Assembly: GCF_004010195.1 (NCBI RefSeq)
Contig: NC_057719.1
Span: forward strand, 88,191,352-88,255,351
Length of the DNA stretch: 64,000 nt
Source: Chiloscyllium plagiosum
Lineage: Eukaryota
Direction: 5' to 3'
Shown here: piece by piece, positions 38,150 through 50,554 of the stretch
How positions within the stretch are numbered: position 1 is the stretch's first letter
Layout of the letters: each line of letters opens with the position of its first letter
The notes under the pieces: model-generated
Seen by the model: only the letters and a program-made list of their open reading frames with translations
Told to the model about the DNA's origin: nothing
Database searches by the model: none
Translations under genes and position numbers: made by a program

Positions 38150-40560
38150 TTCCACTGAATACACGAAAGACTATACAAGAAGTTTGTACCATCTGTGGGT
38201 AACTAATGAATTTAAGAATGGTATCGAATTGAAATTTTAAAAATGTATAAAACTGCAAAGATAGCCCAGAAGATTGGGAAGTTTATCTATAAACCAAAGA
38301 ATGACTGAAAAAAAATTAAAAGGAAGAAATTGGACTAAGAGAGAAAACTAGCAAAAATTCTAAGAACTTCTACAAGAACAGAAAAAGGAAACAGTAGCTC
38401 AGGTCACTTTGCAGCAAAACTGTGAATTAATAATGGAAAGGTTGAAAATGGCAGAGACTTGAAATAAATAAATTGTCCATCTTCACAATGGAAGACACTA
38501 AAAGGATCCAGAGAATTGTAGAAAGGTGGGGGAATCAGAGGAAGGGAGGAACTTAAAATAATCAAGACTGGAGAAAAAGTACCAAAGAAATACTAAATGG
38601 GACTAAAGGCTGACAAGTCTACTGGACCTATGGTGCAAAACCAAGTGACTATAGGGATAGTGGATACATAAGGTGTGAACATTTAAAATTCTCTAGATTC
38701 TGTAAGGTCCCACCACATTAGAAAATCACAAATGTAACACAACTTTTCAAGAAAGGAGGGAGATGGAAAGCAGGAAAATATAGGTCAGTTAGTGAGAATT
38801 CTGCCACTGGAGAAATGCTAGAATCCATTGAGGAAGTACTAGCAGGAAAATGACAAAAAGAAAATCAGGCAGAAACAAAATGGTTTAGTGAAAGGAAAAT
38901 AATGTTTATAGAATTATAGAATCCCTGAAGTTTGGAAAGAGGCCGTTTGGCCCATTGAATCTGCACCGAAGAGCATCCCACCCAGACCCGAATCCCACCC
39001 TATCCCCGTAACCTCACATTTCCATGGCTAATCCACCTAGCCTACACATCCCCGGACACTACGAGGTAATTTAGCATGCCAATCCATATAACCTGCACAC
39101 CTTTGAACTGTGGGAGCAAATTGGAGAACCCAGCAGAAACCCACTCAGATTCAGAGAGAACATGCAAACTCCACATACACAGTCATCCAAGGCTAAAATT
39201 GAACTCAGGTCCCCGGTGCTGAGGCAGCAATGCTAACTACTAAGCCACCATACTACCCAAAATTTGACAAATTTGTAAAATTTCTTTGAAGATGTAAGCA
39301 CATGGAGAAAGGCAAACCTATAGTGTAGCGTATTTGGGTTTCCAAAAGGTATCCAATAAGCTGCCACAAAAAAATAGCTAACTGCAAATTAAGAGGACGT
39401 GGTGTTGGGAGTGATTTTTTGCAGACTGGCTAACAAGGAACAGACAGTCAGGAAAAATGGTCAAATTAAAATTAGTGAATTATGACAGCAATCAGTACAT
39501 AATAACTTGATGAAATGACAAATACCATGCAGCTAAATTTATCAATGATACAAAGGTAGGCAGGAAAGCAAGCTTGAGGAGGATAGAGTCTTCAAAGGAA
39601 CAGGATTAATGAGTCAGCTAAAAATTGCCAGTCGTGAAATGGGGGAAAATATGAGACTGAGTACTTTAACAGGAAGATCAGAAAAGAATATTACTTCAAT
39701 GGGCAGACACAGAAGGGTGAGGATCCTTTCAATGGCACAGACATTCAATGGACCAAACAGCCTACTCTTTTTCCTATTTCTTATAGTCTTACTCCAGAAC
39801 GCTGCAGAATAGAGGGATCGGGTGTTCTAGTTCATGAATCACAAGAAGTCAATGTACATTACTTGGAAAGCAAATGGAATGATAGCCTTTATTACAAAGG
39901 ATAAAAGACTACAAGATGCAAGAGCAGAATTAGGCCAATCGGCACACTGAGTCTGCCCTACCATTCAATTATGGCTGATATGTTTCTCAAACATATTCTC
40001 CCTTCTCCCTGTAATCCTTCATCCCCTCAATAATCAAGAACCTATCTATTTCAATCTTACATATACTCAATGACTTGGGCCTCCACAGCTTCTGTGGCAG
40101 TCAGTCCCATAAATTCACCATCCTCCGGCTGGTAGGAGTAACAGTTAAAATAAAACTGGGGAACTCTCACTGTAACAGTGTATGGTAAAGTGAGATTGAA
40201 CCAGGAGCACTGAGTAGAATCCTGGTCTCCTTAATTGAGGTGGTAAATTCTTGTATTAGGAGGGTTTCTCTTATGAAGAAAGGTTGAGCAGAGTGAGCTT
40301 GTGCTCCTTGGAGTTTAAAGGTGATCTCATTGAAACATAGGATTGTCAGGGGTCTTGACAGGATATTGGCTCCCTTTGAAAATAAAACAGAACTGATGAA
40401 GATTTCAAAATGGGTGTCCCGTTTAAGCTGTGGTAAGAGATTTGTTCTCGGAGTGTCATTGATTTTAGAATTCTCTTCCACAGTGAGCTGTTGAGTCTGT
40501 GCCAATTAATAAACTCTTCAGTTAAGAGTGCAGGATGGCACTCCAGGAGCAAAACTAGCC
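38150..40560 (+). mobile_element. Highly degenerate CR1-type LINE with nested insertions
   Basis: Remnant DKSxGP, NVTxLFKKG and FQKxxDK motifs. Confidence 0.6.
38915..39258 (-). mobile_element. Older HE1-related V-SINE nested in a CR1 relic
   Basis: Diverged consensus match. Confidence 0.75.
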
Positions 40561-40719
40561 AAATCTAAAAATGAGATATCAACCTGATGAATCTACAACA
40601 CAGGACTACGAGTATAAAACAGTGGAAGCAGCATGCAACAGACAGAACTAAGCAATGTTCAGCCAATAGAGCAGATTTAACCTCTTCATTCCTATTACAT
40701 GCAGCTGAGAGGAACTCAG

Positions 40720-40812
40720 TTGATAATGTGGTGCTGGAGAAGCACAGCAGGTCAGGCAGCATTCGAGGAGCAGGAGAATCAATGTTTCAGGCATAAGCCT
40801 TTCATCAGGAAT
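40720..40812 (-). mobile_element. Penelope terminus fragment with a hammerhead-like motif
   Basis: Minus-strand CTGATGA-A-AGGC-TTAT-GCCT-GAAAC-ATT at 40781-40808; flanks match the family. Confidence 0.7.
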
Positions 40813-40849
40813 GAGAGGAACTGGAATATTCAAAAACAACTAGAGGAGA

Positions 40850-42470
40850 CAGTTCAATAAATATTTCCATCCTCAACGATGGAAGAGCCCAGCCCATTAG
40901 TGCAAAAAATAAGGTTGAAGCATTTGTACCAATCATCAGATGGAAATGCTAAGTAGATGATCCATCTCAGCTTCTTCCTGAGATCCCCAGCATCACAGAT
41001 GCCAATCTTCACCAATTTGATTTAACTTGACATGATATAAAGAAACACTTGTAGACACTGGATACAGCAAAGGTTATGGGCTCAGATAACATTCCGTCCC
41101 TGGTACTGAAGGCTTGTGCTTGAGAACAAGCCAAAGCCCAAGTTAAGTTGTTCCAGTACAGTAATGGTAGAATCTACAAAAGGTAGCAGATGTGATGTAA
41201 CCAGTGATGGAAAGTCTCAATAGTGCCATCAAGAGACATTTATTGAACTCAAGTTGGGTCTAACAGGCCCACTCACTTTCTGACTTCTTTACAATCTTGA
41301 TCAAAAAAGGCTTAACAAAACAATAGAATTCAAAGGTCAGGTGACAGTGACTGCCCTTGACACCAAGGCAACATTTAGTCATGTATAATATCAAGCAGCC
41401 CTATCAAAACTGGAATCAACAGAAACTGACAGAAAAACTCTCTGCTGTGTGGATCATACTTCAAGGGCAAAGGAAGATTATTACACTTGCTTGAGGCCAG
41501 ATATCTCAGCTCCAGGTCATCAGTGCAGGAGCTCTTCAGGCTAATATCCACAGCCTCACCATCTTCATCTGCCTCATTAATGACCTTCACTCCATCATAA
41601 AGACAGAGTTTGGGATGCTCAACCGTGTTTGCACAATCTTCAGCACAACTGTGTATCCTCACACAATGAAGTGTGAGTCTAACCATTGCCCCTATATATT
41701 CAATGGTATTACAATCAATGAAATCCCCGAACTAACATTCTGGAAAGTTCACGATTGACTGAAACTGAACTGGACTAACCATATCAACATTGTGGCTTGT
41801 GCTTTTACGTCCCTACCTGAGCCAGGATGCCAGTGTTCAAGTCTCACCTGCTGCAGAGGTATGTAACACCAATGAACAGATTGATTAGAAAATATCTATA
41901 AATACTGTGGTTACAAGAGCAGGCCAGAGGTGAGGAATTCTGCAGCAAGAAGCTCAATTTCCAATTTGCCAAAGCCTGTCCATCATCTATAAGTCAGAGT
42001 GTGATAGAATGCTCTCAACTTGCTTGAATGAGTTCAGCTTCAACAACAGTCAAGAACCATTCAGGACAAAGCAGCCCACCTAGTGGCACCTCATCCATCA
42101 CTTCAACATTCACTCCCTCTCGCATTGACACTCAGTGGCAGCAGTGTGCGTCATCTGCAAGATGCACTGCAGGAATCACCAAGACTCCTTCGTCAGCACC
42201 TTCCAAATCCATGCCCTCTACCACCTAGAAGGCCAAGTGCAGCAGATGCAGGTGAACACCACTATCTGCAACACACCTCTAAAACACACATGATCCTTGG
42301 TCTAGAATTAAATCTCTCCCTTCTTGGTCACTAGGTTAAAATCCCCTAACAGTATTGAGAGTGTATCTACATCACCAAGAACTGCAGAGGTTCAAGACAC
42401 TTTACCATCAACTTCTCAAGGGATGGGCAAGAAATGCTGGACTAGCCAAAGCCCATAACGAATAAAAAAA
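40850..42470 (+). mobile_element. Second relic of the same non-LTR family
   Basis: Nucleotide similarity to 23680-24640 and 26990-27690; A-rich end at ~42460-42472. Confidence 0.7.
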
Positions 42471-42719
42471 AATTCAAGCCATGCACTTTCTGAATGCTGG
42501 AGCAGCCTTGATGGTTTGAAACAGCCAACTCTTACGCCTATTTCTGTGGTCCTGTGATTGATTGGCTGATCTATTCAAAATTGTCTCCAAGGATCTCTTT
42601 ACCAATCACCAGATTGCATACTTGCATCAGTAAGGTGACAAGTTGACTTGGGTTTAGCTCTCTCAAAAGTTGGGACTGGTCACCTAGTGCCTGAGCATTT
42701 TGTGCTTTAGATGTTTCTT

Positions 42720-43900
42720 ATTGAACATCACAATTTATTGAGTTCTTTAAGATGGTGACCAAACAGGTGGATGAGGGTAAAGCGGTTGATATGGTGTACA
42801 TGGATTTCAGTCAGGTGTTTGATAAGGTTCCCCATGGTAGGCTATTGCACAAAATACAGAGGCATAGGATTGAGGGTGATTTCGCGGTTTGGATCAGAAA
42901 TTGGCTAGCTGAAAGAAGTCAGAAGGTGGTGGTTAATGGGAAATGTTCATCCTGGAGTTCAGTTACTAGTGGCGTACCACAAACATCTGGGGCCACTGCT
43001 GTTTGTCACTTTTCTAAGCAATCTGAATGAGGGCTAGAAGGATAGATTAGTAAATTTGCGGATGACACTAAGGTCGGTGGAGTTGTGGATACTGCTGAAG
43101 AATGTTGCAGATTACAGAGAAACATAGATAAGCTGCAAAGCTGGGCTGAAAGGTAGCAAATGGAGTTTAATGCAGAAAAGTATGAGGTGATTCACTTTGG
43201 AAGAGACAATAGGACTATAGAGTACTTGGCTAATGGTAAGATTCTTGGTAGTGCAGATGAGCAGAGAGATCTTGTGTCCATGTACATCAATCCCTGAAAG
43301 TTGTTACCCGGATTGATAGGGTTGTTAAGAAGGCATACAGCGTGTTAGCTTTTATTGGGAGAGGGATTGAGTTTTGGAGCCATAAGGTCATATTGCAGCT
43401 GCATAAAACTCTGGTGTGGCCGCACTTGGAATATTGCGTACAGTTCTGGTCACCGTATTAGAGGAAGAATGTGGAAGCTCTGGAAAGGGTTGAGAGGAGA
43501 TTTACTGGGATGTTGCCTGGTATGGAGGGAAGGTGTTATGAGGAACGACTGAGGGACTTGAGTCTGTTTTCGTTAGAGAGAAGGTTGAGAGGTGACTTAA
43601 GACATAGAAGATGATCAGAAGGTTAGATAGGGTGGATAGTGAGATTCTTTTTCCTCGGATGGCAATTGTTAGCACGAGGGGACATAGCTTTAAATTGCAG
43701 GGTGATAGATATAGGGCAGATGTCAGAGGTAGTTTCTTTACTCAAAGTAGTAGGGGCATGGAATGCCTTGCCTGCAACAGTAATGGACTTGCAACATTAA
43801 GGGCATTTAAATGGTCATTGGATAAATATATTATGAAAATGGAATAGTGTAGGTTAGATAGGCTTCAGATTGGTTCCACAGGTCAGTGCTGTAATGTTCT
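42720..43900 (+). mobile_element. CR1/HER1-type LINE, RT domain to 3' end
   Basis: KAVDMVYMDFSQVFDKVPHGRLL...SGVPQ (42752..43030) and KFADDTK. Confidence 0.85.
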
Positions 43901-44369
43901 ATGTGGTTCAGAAAATTCAGATTTTATCGTGAAATCATAATTGAGGATTGTTTGTATATTTAACTTCAAGTAAACAGGTTTGTGGGTTTACAGAATTAAC
44001 CTGGAATGAAAAGCAGCCCATGGTTTCTTTTCTATCCTGCCAACCTTAAATACATTTCCCCAACACCCTCACTCTCAACAAGAGAAAGAGGCCTGTGCAC
44101 TACTTTATCACTTAGGTCAAGAGATCCAACACAGAATGCAGTCTATCCAGGTGCATCACTGCTTGGTGTGGCATCTGCTCTGCCCACAACCGTTAAGAAT
44201 GGGCTGTGTTCACAAATCTATCACAAAAGCCAAACTTCCATCCATTGCTTCCACCTATATTTTTTGCTGCCTTGGGAAGGCAGCCAACATAATCAAAGAC
44301 CCCTCCCATCTCGGTGATAATCTCTTGCAATCTCTGGGCAGAAGATATAAAAGCTTAAACATATATGAG

Positions 44370-46980
44370 TTATAGAGATATAAAGCATGGAAACAGACCC
44401 TTTGGTCCAACTTGTCCTTGCTGACTAGATATCCTAAATTAACCTAGTCCTATTTACCAGCATTTGGCCCATATCCATGAAAACCTTTCATATTTATATA
44501 CCCATCCAGATACCTTTTAAATGTTGTAATTGTATCAGCCTCCATCACTTCCACTGGCAGCACATCCCATGCACCCACCATCCTTTGCATAAAAACATTG
44601 TCTCTTTGGTCCCTTTTAAATTGTCCCCTCTCACCCTAAACCTATGCCCTTTGGTTTTGAACTCCCCCCCCCCCCCCCCAATTCTTGTCTGTTAACCCTA
44701 TCTATGTCCCTTATGATGTTATAAATCTCAAAAAGGTCACCCCTCAGTCTCTGACACTCCAGGGAAAATGTCCCCAGTCAATTCAGCCTCTCCATATAGC
44801 TCAAACCCTCCAATCCTGCAACATCCTTTTAAATTTTTTCTGAATCCTTTCAAGTTTCACAACATCCTTCCTGTAGCTAAAAGACCAGAATTAAATGCAG
44901 TATTCCAATGGTCTTATTCCGCTGCAAAATGATTGCTCAACTCCTCTACTCAATGCACTGACCAATAAAGGAAAGCATACCAAACACCTTCTTCACTACC
45001 CTATCTACTAGTGACTCCACTTTCAAGGAATTATGAACCTGCACTCTAAGGTTTCTTTGTTCAACAACACTCCCCAGAGCCTTACCATTAGGCGCATAAG
45101 TCCTGCCCTGATTTGCATTTCCAAAATGCAACAACTCATATTTCTCTAAGTTACATTCCATCTGCCACTGCTTGGTCCACTCGCCCAGCTGATCAAGATC
45201 CCATTAATCTCCCATTGTACTCTGATGTAGCCTTCTTCGCTGTTCACTAAACCTCCAATTTTGGTGTTATCTGCAAATTTACCAACCATACCTATGTTCA
45301 CACCCAAATCATTTATACAAATGATGAAAAGCAGTAGACACATCACTGATCCTTATGGTGCACCACTGGTCACAGGCCTGTAGTCTGAAGAGCAACCCTC
45401 CGCCAACACACACAGTCTTCTATCTTTGAACCAGTTCTGTATTAGAGTGGCTAGATCTCCCTGCATTCCATGTGATCTAATCTTACTAACCAGGTGAAAG
45501 TGAGGACTGCAGATGTTGGAGATTAGAGTCAACAGTGTGGTGCTGGAAAAGCACAGCAGGTCAGACAGCATCTGAGGAGCAGGACAGTCGATGTTTCGGG
45601 CAAAAGCCCTTCATCAGGAACCAGTCTACCTTGTCAAATGCCTTGCTGAAGTCCATATATATCTCATTCACCACTCTGCCCTCATCAATCATCTTTGTTA
45701 CTTGTTCAAAAAAACTCAATCAAGTTAGTGAGACAATTTCCCACACACAAACCATGTTGACTATCCCTACTCAGTCAGAGAGATGTACAGCATGAAAACA
45801 GACCCTTCGGTCCAACTCATCCATGCCGATCAGTTATCCCAACCCAATCTAGTCCCACCTGTTAGCACCTGGCCCATATCCCTCCAAACCCTTCCGGTTT
45901 GTATACCCATCCAAATGTCTTTTAAATGTTGCAATTGTACTAGCCTCCACCACTTCCTCTAGCAGCTCATTCCACACACATACATGAAAAACTTGCCCCT
46001 GAGGTCTCATTTATATCTTTCCCCTTTCACCCTCATCTATGCCCTCTAGTTCTGGACTCCCCCACCCCAGGGAAGAGACTGTGTCTATTTATCCTATTCA
46101 TGCCCCTCAGCCTCCGACGCTCCAGGGAAAACAGCCCTGGCCTATTCAACCTCCCCCCATAGCTCAAATCCTCTAACCCTGGCAACATCCTTGTAACTCT
46201 TTTCTGGACCCTTTCAAGTCCTTACTTTTCCAAGTACATATAAATCCTGACCCTCAGGAGTCCCTCCAATATATTTGCCCACCACCAATGTCAGGCTCAC
46301 CTCTACAGTTCACAGGCTTTCCTTACCACCTTACTTAAATAGTGGCACCACATTAGCCAACTTCCAGTCTTCCAGCATCTCATCTGTGGCTATCGATGAA
46401 TCAAATATCTCAGCAAGAGGCCCTAGCTTCCCACAATTCTCCGGTATACCTGATCAGATCCTAGGGATTAATCCACTTTAATGGACATGTTTTCAAGATA
46501 TCACTATCTATTTCCCCACATTCTCTATCTTCACAGTAAACACTGATACAAAATACTCATTCAGTAACTCCCCCATCTCCTGCACTTCCACACTGAGGCA
46601 GTCTTGCTGATCTTTGAGGGGCCCTATTCTCTCCCTTACTCTTTTGTCCTTAAATGTATGTATAAAATCCCTTTGGATTCTCCGTACCCCTATTTGTCAA
46701 AGTTGTCTCATGCCCCCTTTTTGCCCTCCTGATTCCCTTAAGTACACTCCTTCTGCCTTTGTGTTCTTGTAAGGATTCGCTCAATCTCTGCTTCCCGTAA
46801 CTGACATATGCTTCCTTCTTTTCCTTGCCCAAAACCTCAATTTTTCCAGTCATCCAGCATTCCCTACACCTATGAGCCTTGCCTCTCAACCTAACACGAA
46901 CATACTTTTGCTGGACTCTAGTTATCTCATTTAATGAAGGCTTCCCATTTTCCAGGCGTCCTTTTACATGCATACACATC
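44370..46980 (-). mobile_element. CR1/HER1-type LINE with nested CR1 tail and Penelope fragment
   Basis: INDL...KFADNTKIGG (45146..45346) and KIRSHG...WFKDRR (45353..45571). Confidence 0.8.
45493..45620 (-). mobile_element. Penelope terminus fragment with a hammerhead-like motif, inserted in CR1
   Basis: Same family as 9665-9882. Minus-strand CTGATGA-A-GGGC-TTTT-GCCC-GAAAC-ATC at 45590-45617. Short AACCAG duplication at the ends. Confidence 0.7.
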
Positions 46981-47620
46981 ACCTAATTCAACAGCAGCTT
47001 CTTCTCCATTATTATTAGACTTCTGAATGGATCTCTCAAATTTTAAATGTAAATACTGATCTCACTCTTTGTGCACCTCCTCCACAACTGTAACATTGTA
47101 TTCTTCGCTGTTTTCTATTACTTAATACACTTTGTATGTGATCTGCCAGTACTGCACCACAACAAAACTTTTCACTGTACATTTGACAATAATAAATGAA
47201 ATAAAACAAAAAAAATCTACCTATCACTAGTGTTTCGGGTTAAACATCCTTGGAGGCTGTTTTCTGTACACACTTTCAACATACATCCTTCTCCTCATAC
47301 CTATCCGGGAAACTCACCCTATTCAACTGGTCCATTTGCAATCAACGTGTGTCAAAATTAAAAACCAACTTGTTTACAAGTTTTCACGCATTGTCCACAT
47401 ACACCTCCTTTAGAACTTCCACCTCGAACACGGCCAACTCATCTAACGAATTGCCACAAGAACACCAAAGGAAGGGGAATCGGGGCGAGGTTAAAGGGAA
47501 CGTGGAGATGATGCGGGAATGCTAAGTGGGGGGAAAGGGTGTTGTGACTGCGGTGAGAGGGTTGAGGGAAGCGGGTGAACGTGGCTTTGTGTGGCGAAGG
47601 GGAGAGGAGTGTTTACTCAC

Positions 47621-47690
47621 GGTAAATCAGCCCTTCGGGCCCGAGCCCGGGGCCACACGCTCAACGGAACGCCGCCATCTTGTTGTGGCC
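47621..47690 (-). other. ZNF106: Putative non-coding first exon of ZNF106 (5' end approximate)
   Basis: Lies in a CpG-rich island. Minus-strand donor ACC|GTGAGT (plus-strand actcac 47615-47620). YY1-type CAAGATGGCGGCG motif at 47670-47682. The next minus-strand exon (27790) begins with an acceptor and 31 nt of 5'UTR, so an upstream exon is required. Confidence 0.75.
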
Positions 47691-47791
47691 ACGCGAGAGG
47701 GATCCTGGGAGAGGTCACCGGCGTCGGGGCGCACGCATGCGCGGTGCGGCCATCGGGAGTCGATAACGTCATGAGGCGTGGGGCATGCGCA

Positions 47792-47848
47792 GTGAGAGGG
47801 TGGGTTCGATCAAGAGCGGAGGGAAAGGAGAGGGACAGCTGTAGAGAG
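47792..47848 (+). other. Putative non-coding first exon of a divergent gene (SNAP23 suspected from mammalian head-to-head synteny; start approximate)
   Basis: Consensus donor GAG|GTGAGT at 47848/47849 at the right edge of the CpG island. No coding exon of this gene was recognised in the window, so the identity is inference only. Confidence 0.55.
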
Positions 47849-48559
47849 GTGAGTGAGAGTGGTGGGGTGTATTCTCTACAATATGGGTGGGGGGAACGGG
47901 GAGAAATGAGTTCTGGGTTTTGGGGAGCGAGTGTTCGGGGGGGGGAAAGCACCAGGAGTAGGGTGAGGATCAATATGCCCCAACTAGTCGGATCAATGTG
48001 CCTTTATTCGGGAAAATCTGCGGGGATTTTTGTAAAGGCAAACTGTGTTTAACCCAACTTCCTTGACAATTTTAAGGTGCTGTTAATGTCGATATGGACG
48101 TCCAAAGGGGATTCAGTAAAGCAACGTATATAATAAATGCTGGAATAGGAGGGGCAAATTAGTTGGCTAATAGGAAATGGTAATGATGAATATGGTTATA
48201 CAGCGTTGTTTCCTTGGTACATTGCACAATTTCAAAATTGACCAGAAGTTTCTGATCCATTGACCAGAAACTCAACTGGATTTGCCATGAGAGCAAGGTC
48301 AGAGACTAGGATCCTGCAGCGAGTAACTCAACCGTCTCTCGAAAGCCTGTCCACCATTTACAGGGTTCAGTCAGGAGTGTGATGGAATGCTTCCCACTTG
48401 TCTGGATGAATGCAGTTCTAACAACACTCGAGATTGACACTATCAGGGCAAGTTGGCCCATTGATTGGCACTATATTCACAAACAGCCACTCCCTCCACC
48501 ACCAATGCTCAGTAGCAGTAGTGTGCTATCTACAAGATGCACTGGAGAAAGGGTTTGAT

Positions 48560-49560
48560 TATAAAATGTGTAGGAATAGATTCCTGGGTGAATAAGATAG
48601 TAAAAAGAATAAAAGAAAGTGTGTCATCACCATTGAAGAAAGAAGGGGTATCTCAGAAATAGCATTAAGTCAAGAAGTGGAAGGCAGGGACCAACTCAGG
48701 AAAATTACAATCTCCTGGGAAGTATTACTGAGCAAATTGTTGGAACTGTGGGCTGGCAATTCCTGGACACTGAAGGGCTTCATCTAAATGTATTTCAAAG
48801 AAGTGACTGTTTATCCATTTGTTTTAATTTTCCAAAACTCAAAGTTTTCATTGGATTGGAAAGTAGTGAAAGTAACTTTAATTTAAAAAAAGGACCAAGC
48901 AGCAGGCTATTTAGCTTAACAATTGTTATAACAATGATTATTAAAGACATTGTAGCAGGCCATTTTGGAAATTCAGGCAGAGTCAACATGGTTTTGTGAA
49001 AGAGAAATCCTGTCTAACCATTTTATTGGACTTCTAAGGAAGTAACGCTAATGATAGTTAAGGGGAAACTGATGGATGTAGTATTCTTGAATTTTCAGAA
49101 GGCATTTGATAAGTTTCAGTGAGGATAAATGGGTCATTTTATGGTTGGCAACGTGGAACTAGTGGTGTGCTATGGGCATTGTTGGGGCCTCCACTTTTTA
49201 CAATTTCTAAGAATGATTTAGATGAAGGAACAGAAAGCAATGCTACATTTGCTGTCTTGTTTTTGCTGTATCAGTTATATATGATAGAAATGGCAAAAGA
49301 AAAGCTACTCTTGGCCTACAGATAGATTGAAAAGTAAGTTGTAAGGGAGCTACAGAGGGGTATTATCGATAGGTTAAGTGAGTGGGTGAAGATCTGGCAA
49401 GTTTAGTATCCAGTGGGAAATTGACCATTCTTAGCAGAGAGAATAAAAATGAAGCATATTATCTAGTGGTGAGTGTTTGCAGAGCTTAGAGTTAGAAGGA
49501 TCTGAGTGGTCTGTTTCCATGCTGTATGACCGTGACTCCAAGTTAGGTGCATGAATTGAA
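48560..49560 (+). mobile_element. Degenerate CR1-type RT fragment
   Basis: Remnant DVVFLxFQKAFDK and SGV...LGPPLFTI..NDLD motifs. Confidence 0.65.
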
Positions 49561-50554
49561 AAGGTTCTGCAGATTCTTACTGGACTTAACTCTGCCCTCT
49601 ACATAATGCCAGACCAGCTCAGCAGTTTCTATTTCTGTTTTTGTTTTGGAGAAGCTGGGATGTTTGCTCACTTTTATCTTCTCTAAAGAAAATATTTCAT
49701 AAAACATCCAAACTTGAGGGGTATAGGCTGAGAGAACCTGTTCACATTAGCAGATGAGAGAGCAGAAGAACATAGAGGTTAATAATAAGGACTGAGTGCA
49801 CTGAGGAAAAGGTTTTTTACACTGATGGGTTAGGATATGCAATGTACGGGAGGGTCAGATTCAAATGTTAATTTCCAAAGGAATTAGAAATGCATTGTTT
49901 GAGGGATAAAGGAATGGGAATTGAGATGTGCTAAACTGGTTTTCTTGAGAGCCAACACAGGCATCATAATGACTGAAAGATGCCCTGCTATGGAGCATAT
50001 TCTGAGATTTAAAGTACCCCGTCTACCTCTCTTCCTCACCCCCCTCCCATCCTACTGCCATAAGCTGCTCCTTTTCTTCCCCTGCTTGCCATCTGTAACG
50101 TTTTCATCATCCCATCTCTGAAACATATCACACATCACCACCATCACCCCCCTCCCCAAACAAAAACCTGTGCTTGTGAACTAGGTTTTGTTAGGTGGTA
50201 GACCTATCTGTGTGTCATGTAGTTTGAGTTAAATTTACAGTTGAAGTCGGGGCAATTTAGCTCTGGTGTTTTACAGCAAGTGTAGAACCTGTCATAGTCA
50301 CAGAGATGTACACCCCTTAAAAATAATACAGACAGAAAGAGCTGGAGGAATTCAGCAACTCTGGCGGTGGAAAGAGAAGCAAAATTTGTCTTTCACGTCT
50401 GATGAGACACTTCCTCAAACTTCCTTGATTCAGGTCTGGCTGACTCTGCCTTTAGAATCCCCTCTGATCTATTGTTTGAGGGGGTTGTTCATTTGGGAGT
50501 AATTCAAATGGTATAATTTGTTTCCAGCACTGGCTTTAGGGCAAAGTGTACACA

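Larger units (their letters stand above)
47480..47960. promoter_or_regulatory. CpG island / bidirectional promoter
   Basis: Only strongly CpG-dense stretch in the non-coding part of the window. YY1 motif 47670-47682; NRF1-like CGCATGCGC 47734-47742 and GCATGCGCA 47783-47791; CRE half-site ACGTCA 47766-47771. Outward-facing GTGAGT donors on both strands. Confidence 0.85.

Noticed and set aside
44663..44679. Poly-C run, and (TA)n at ~36144-36158
   Set aside because: Simple microsatellite expansions inside CR1 relics; unremarkable.
47526..48052. ORFs of 82-153 aa across the CpG island
   Set aside because: Expected in GC-rich sequence; no recognisable homology.
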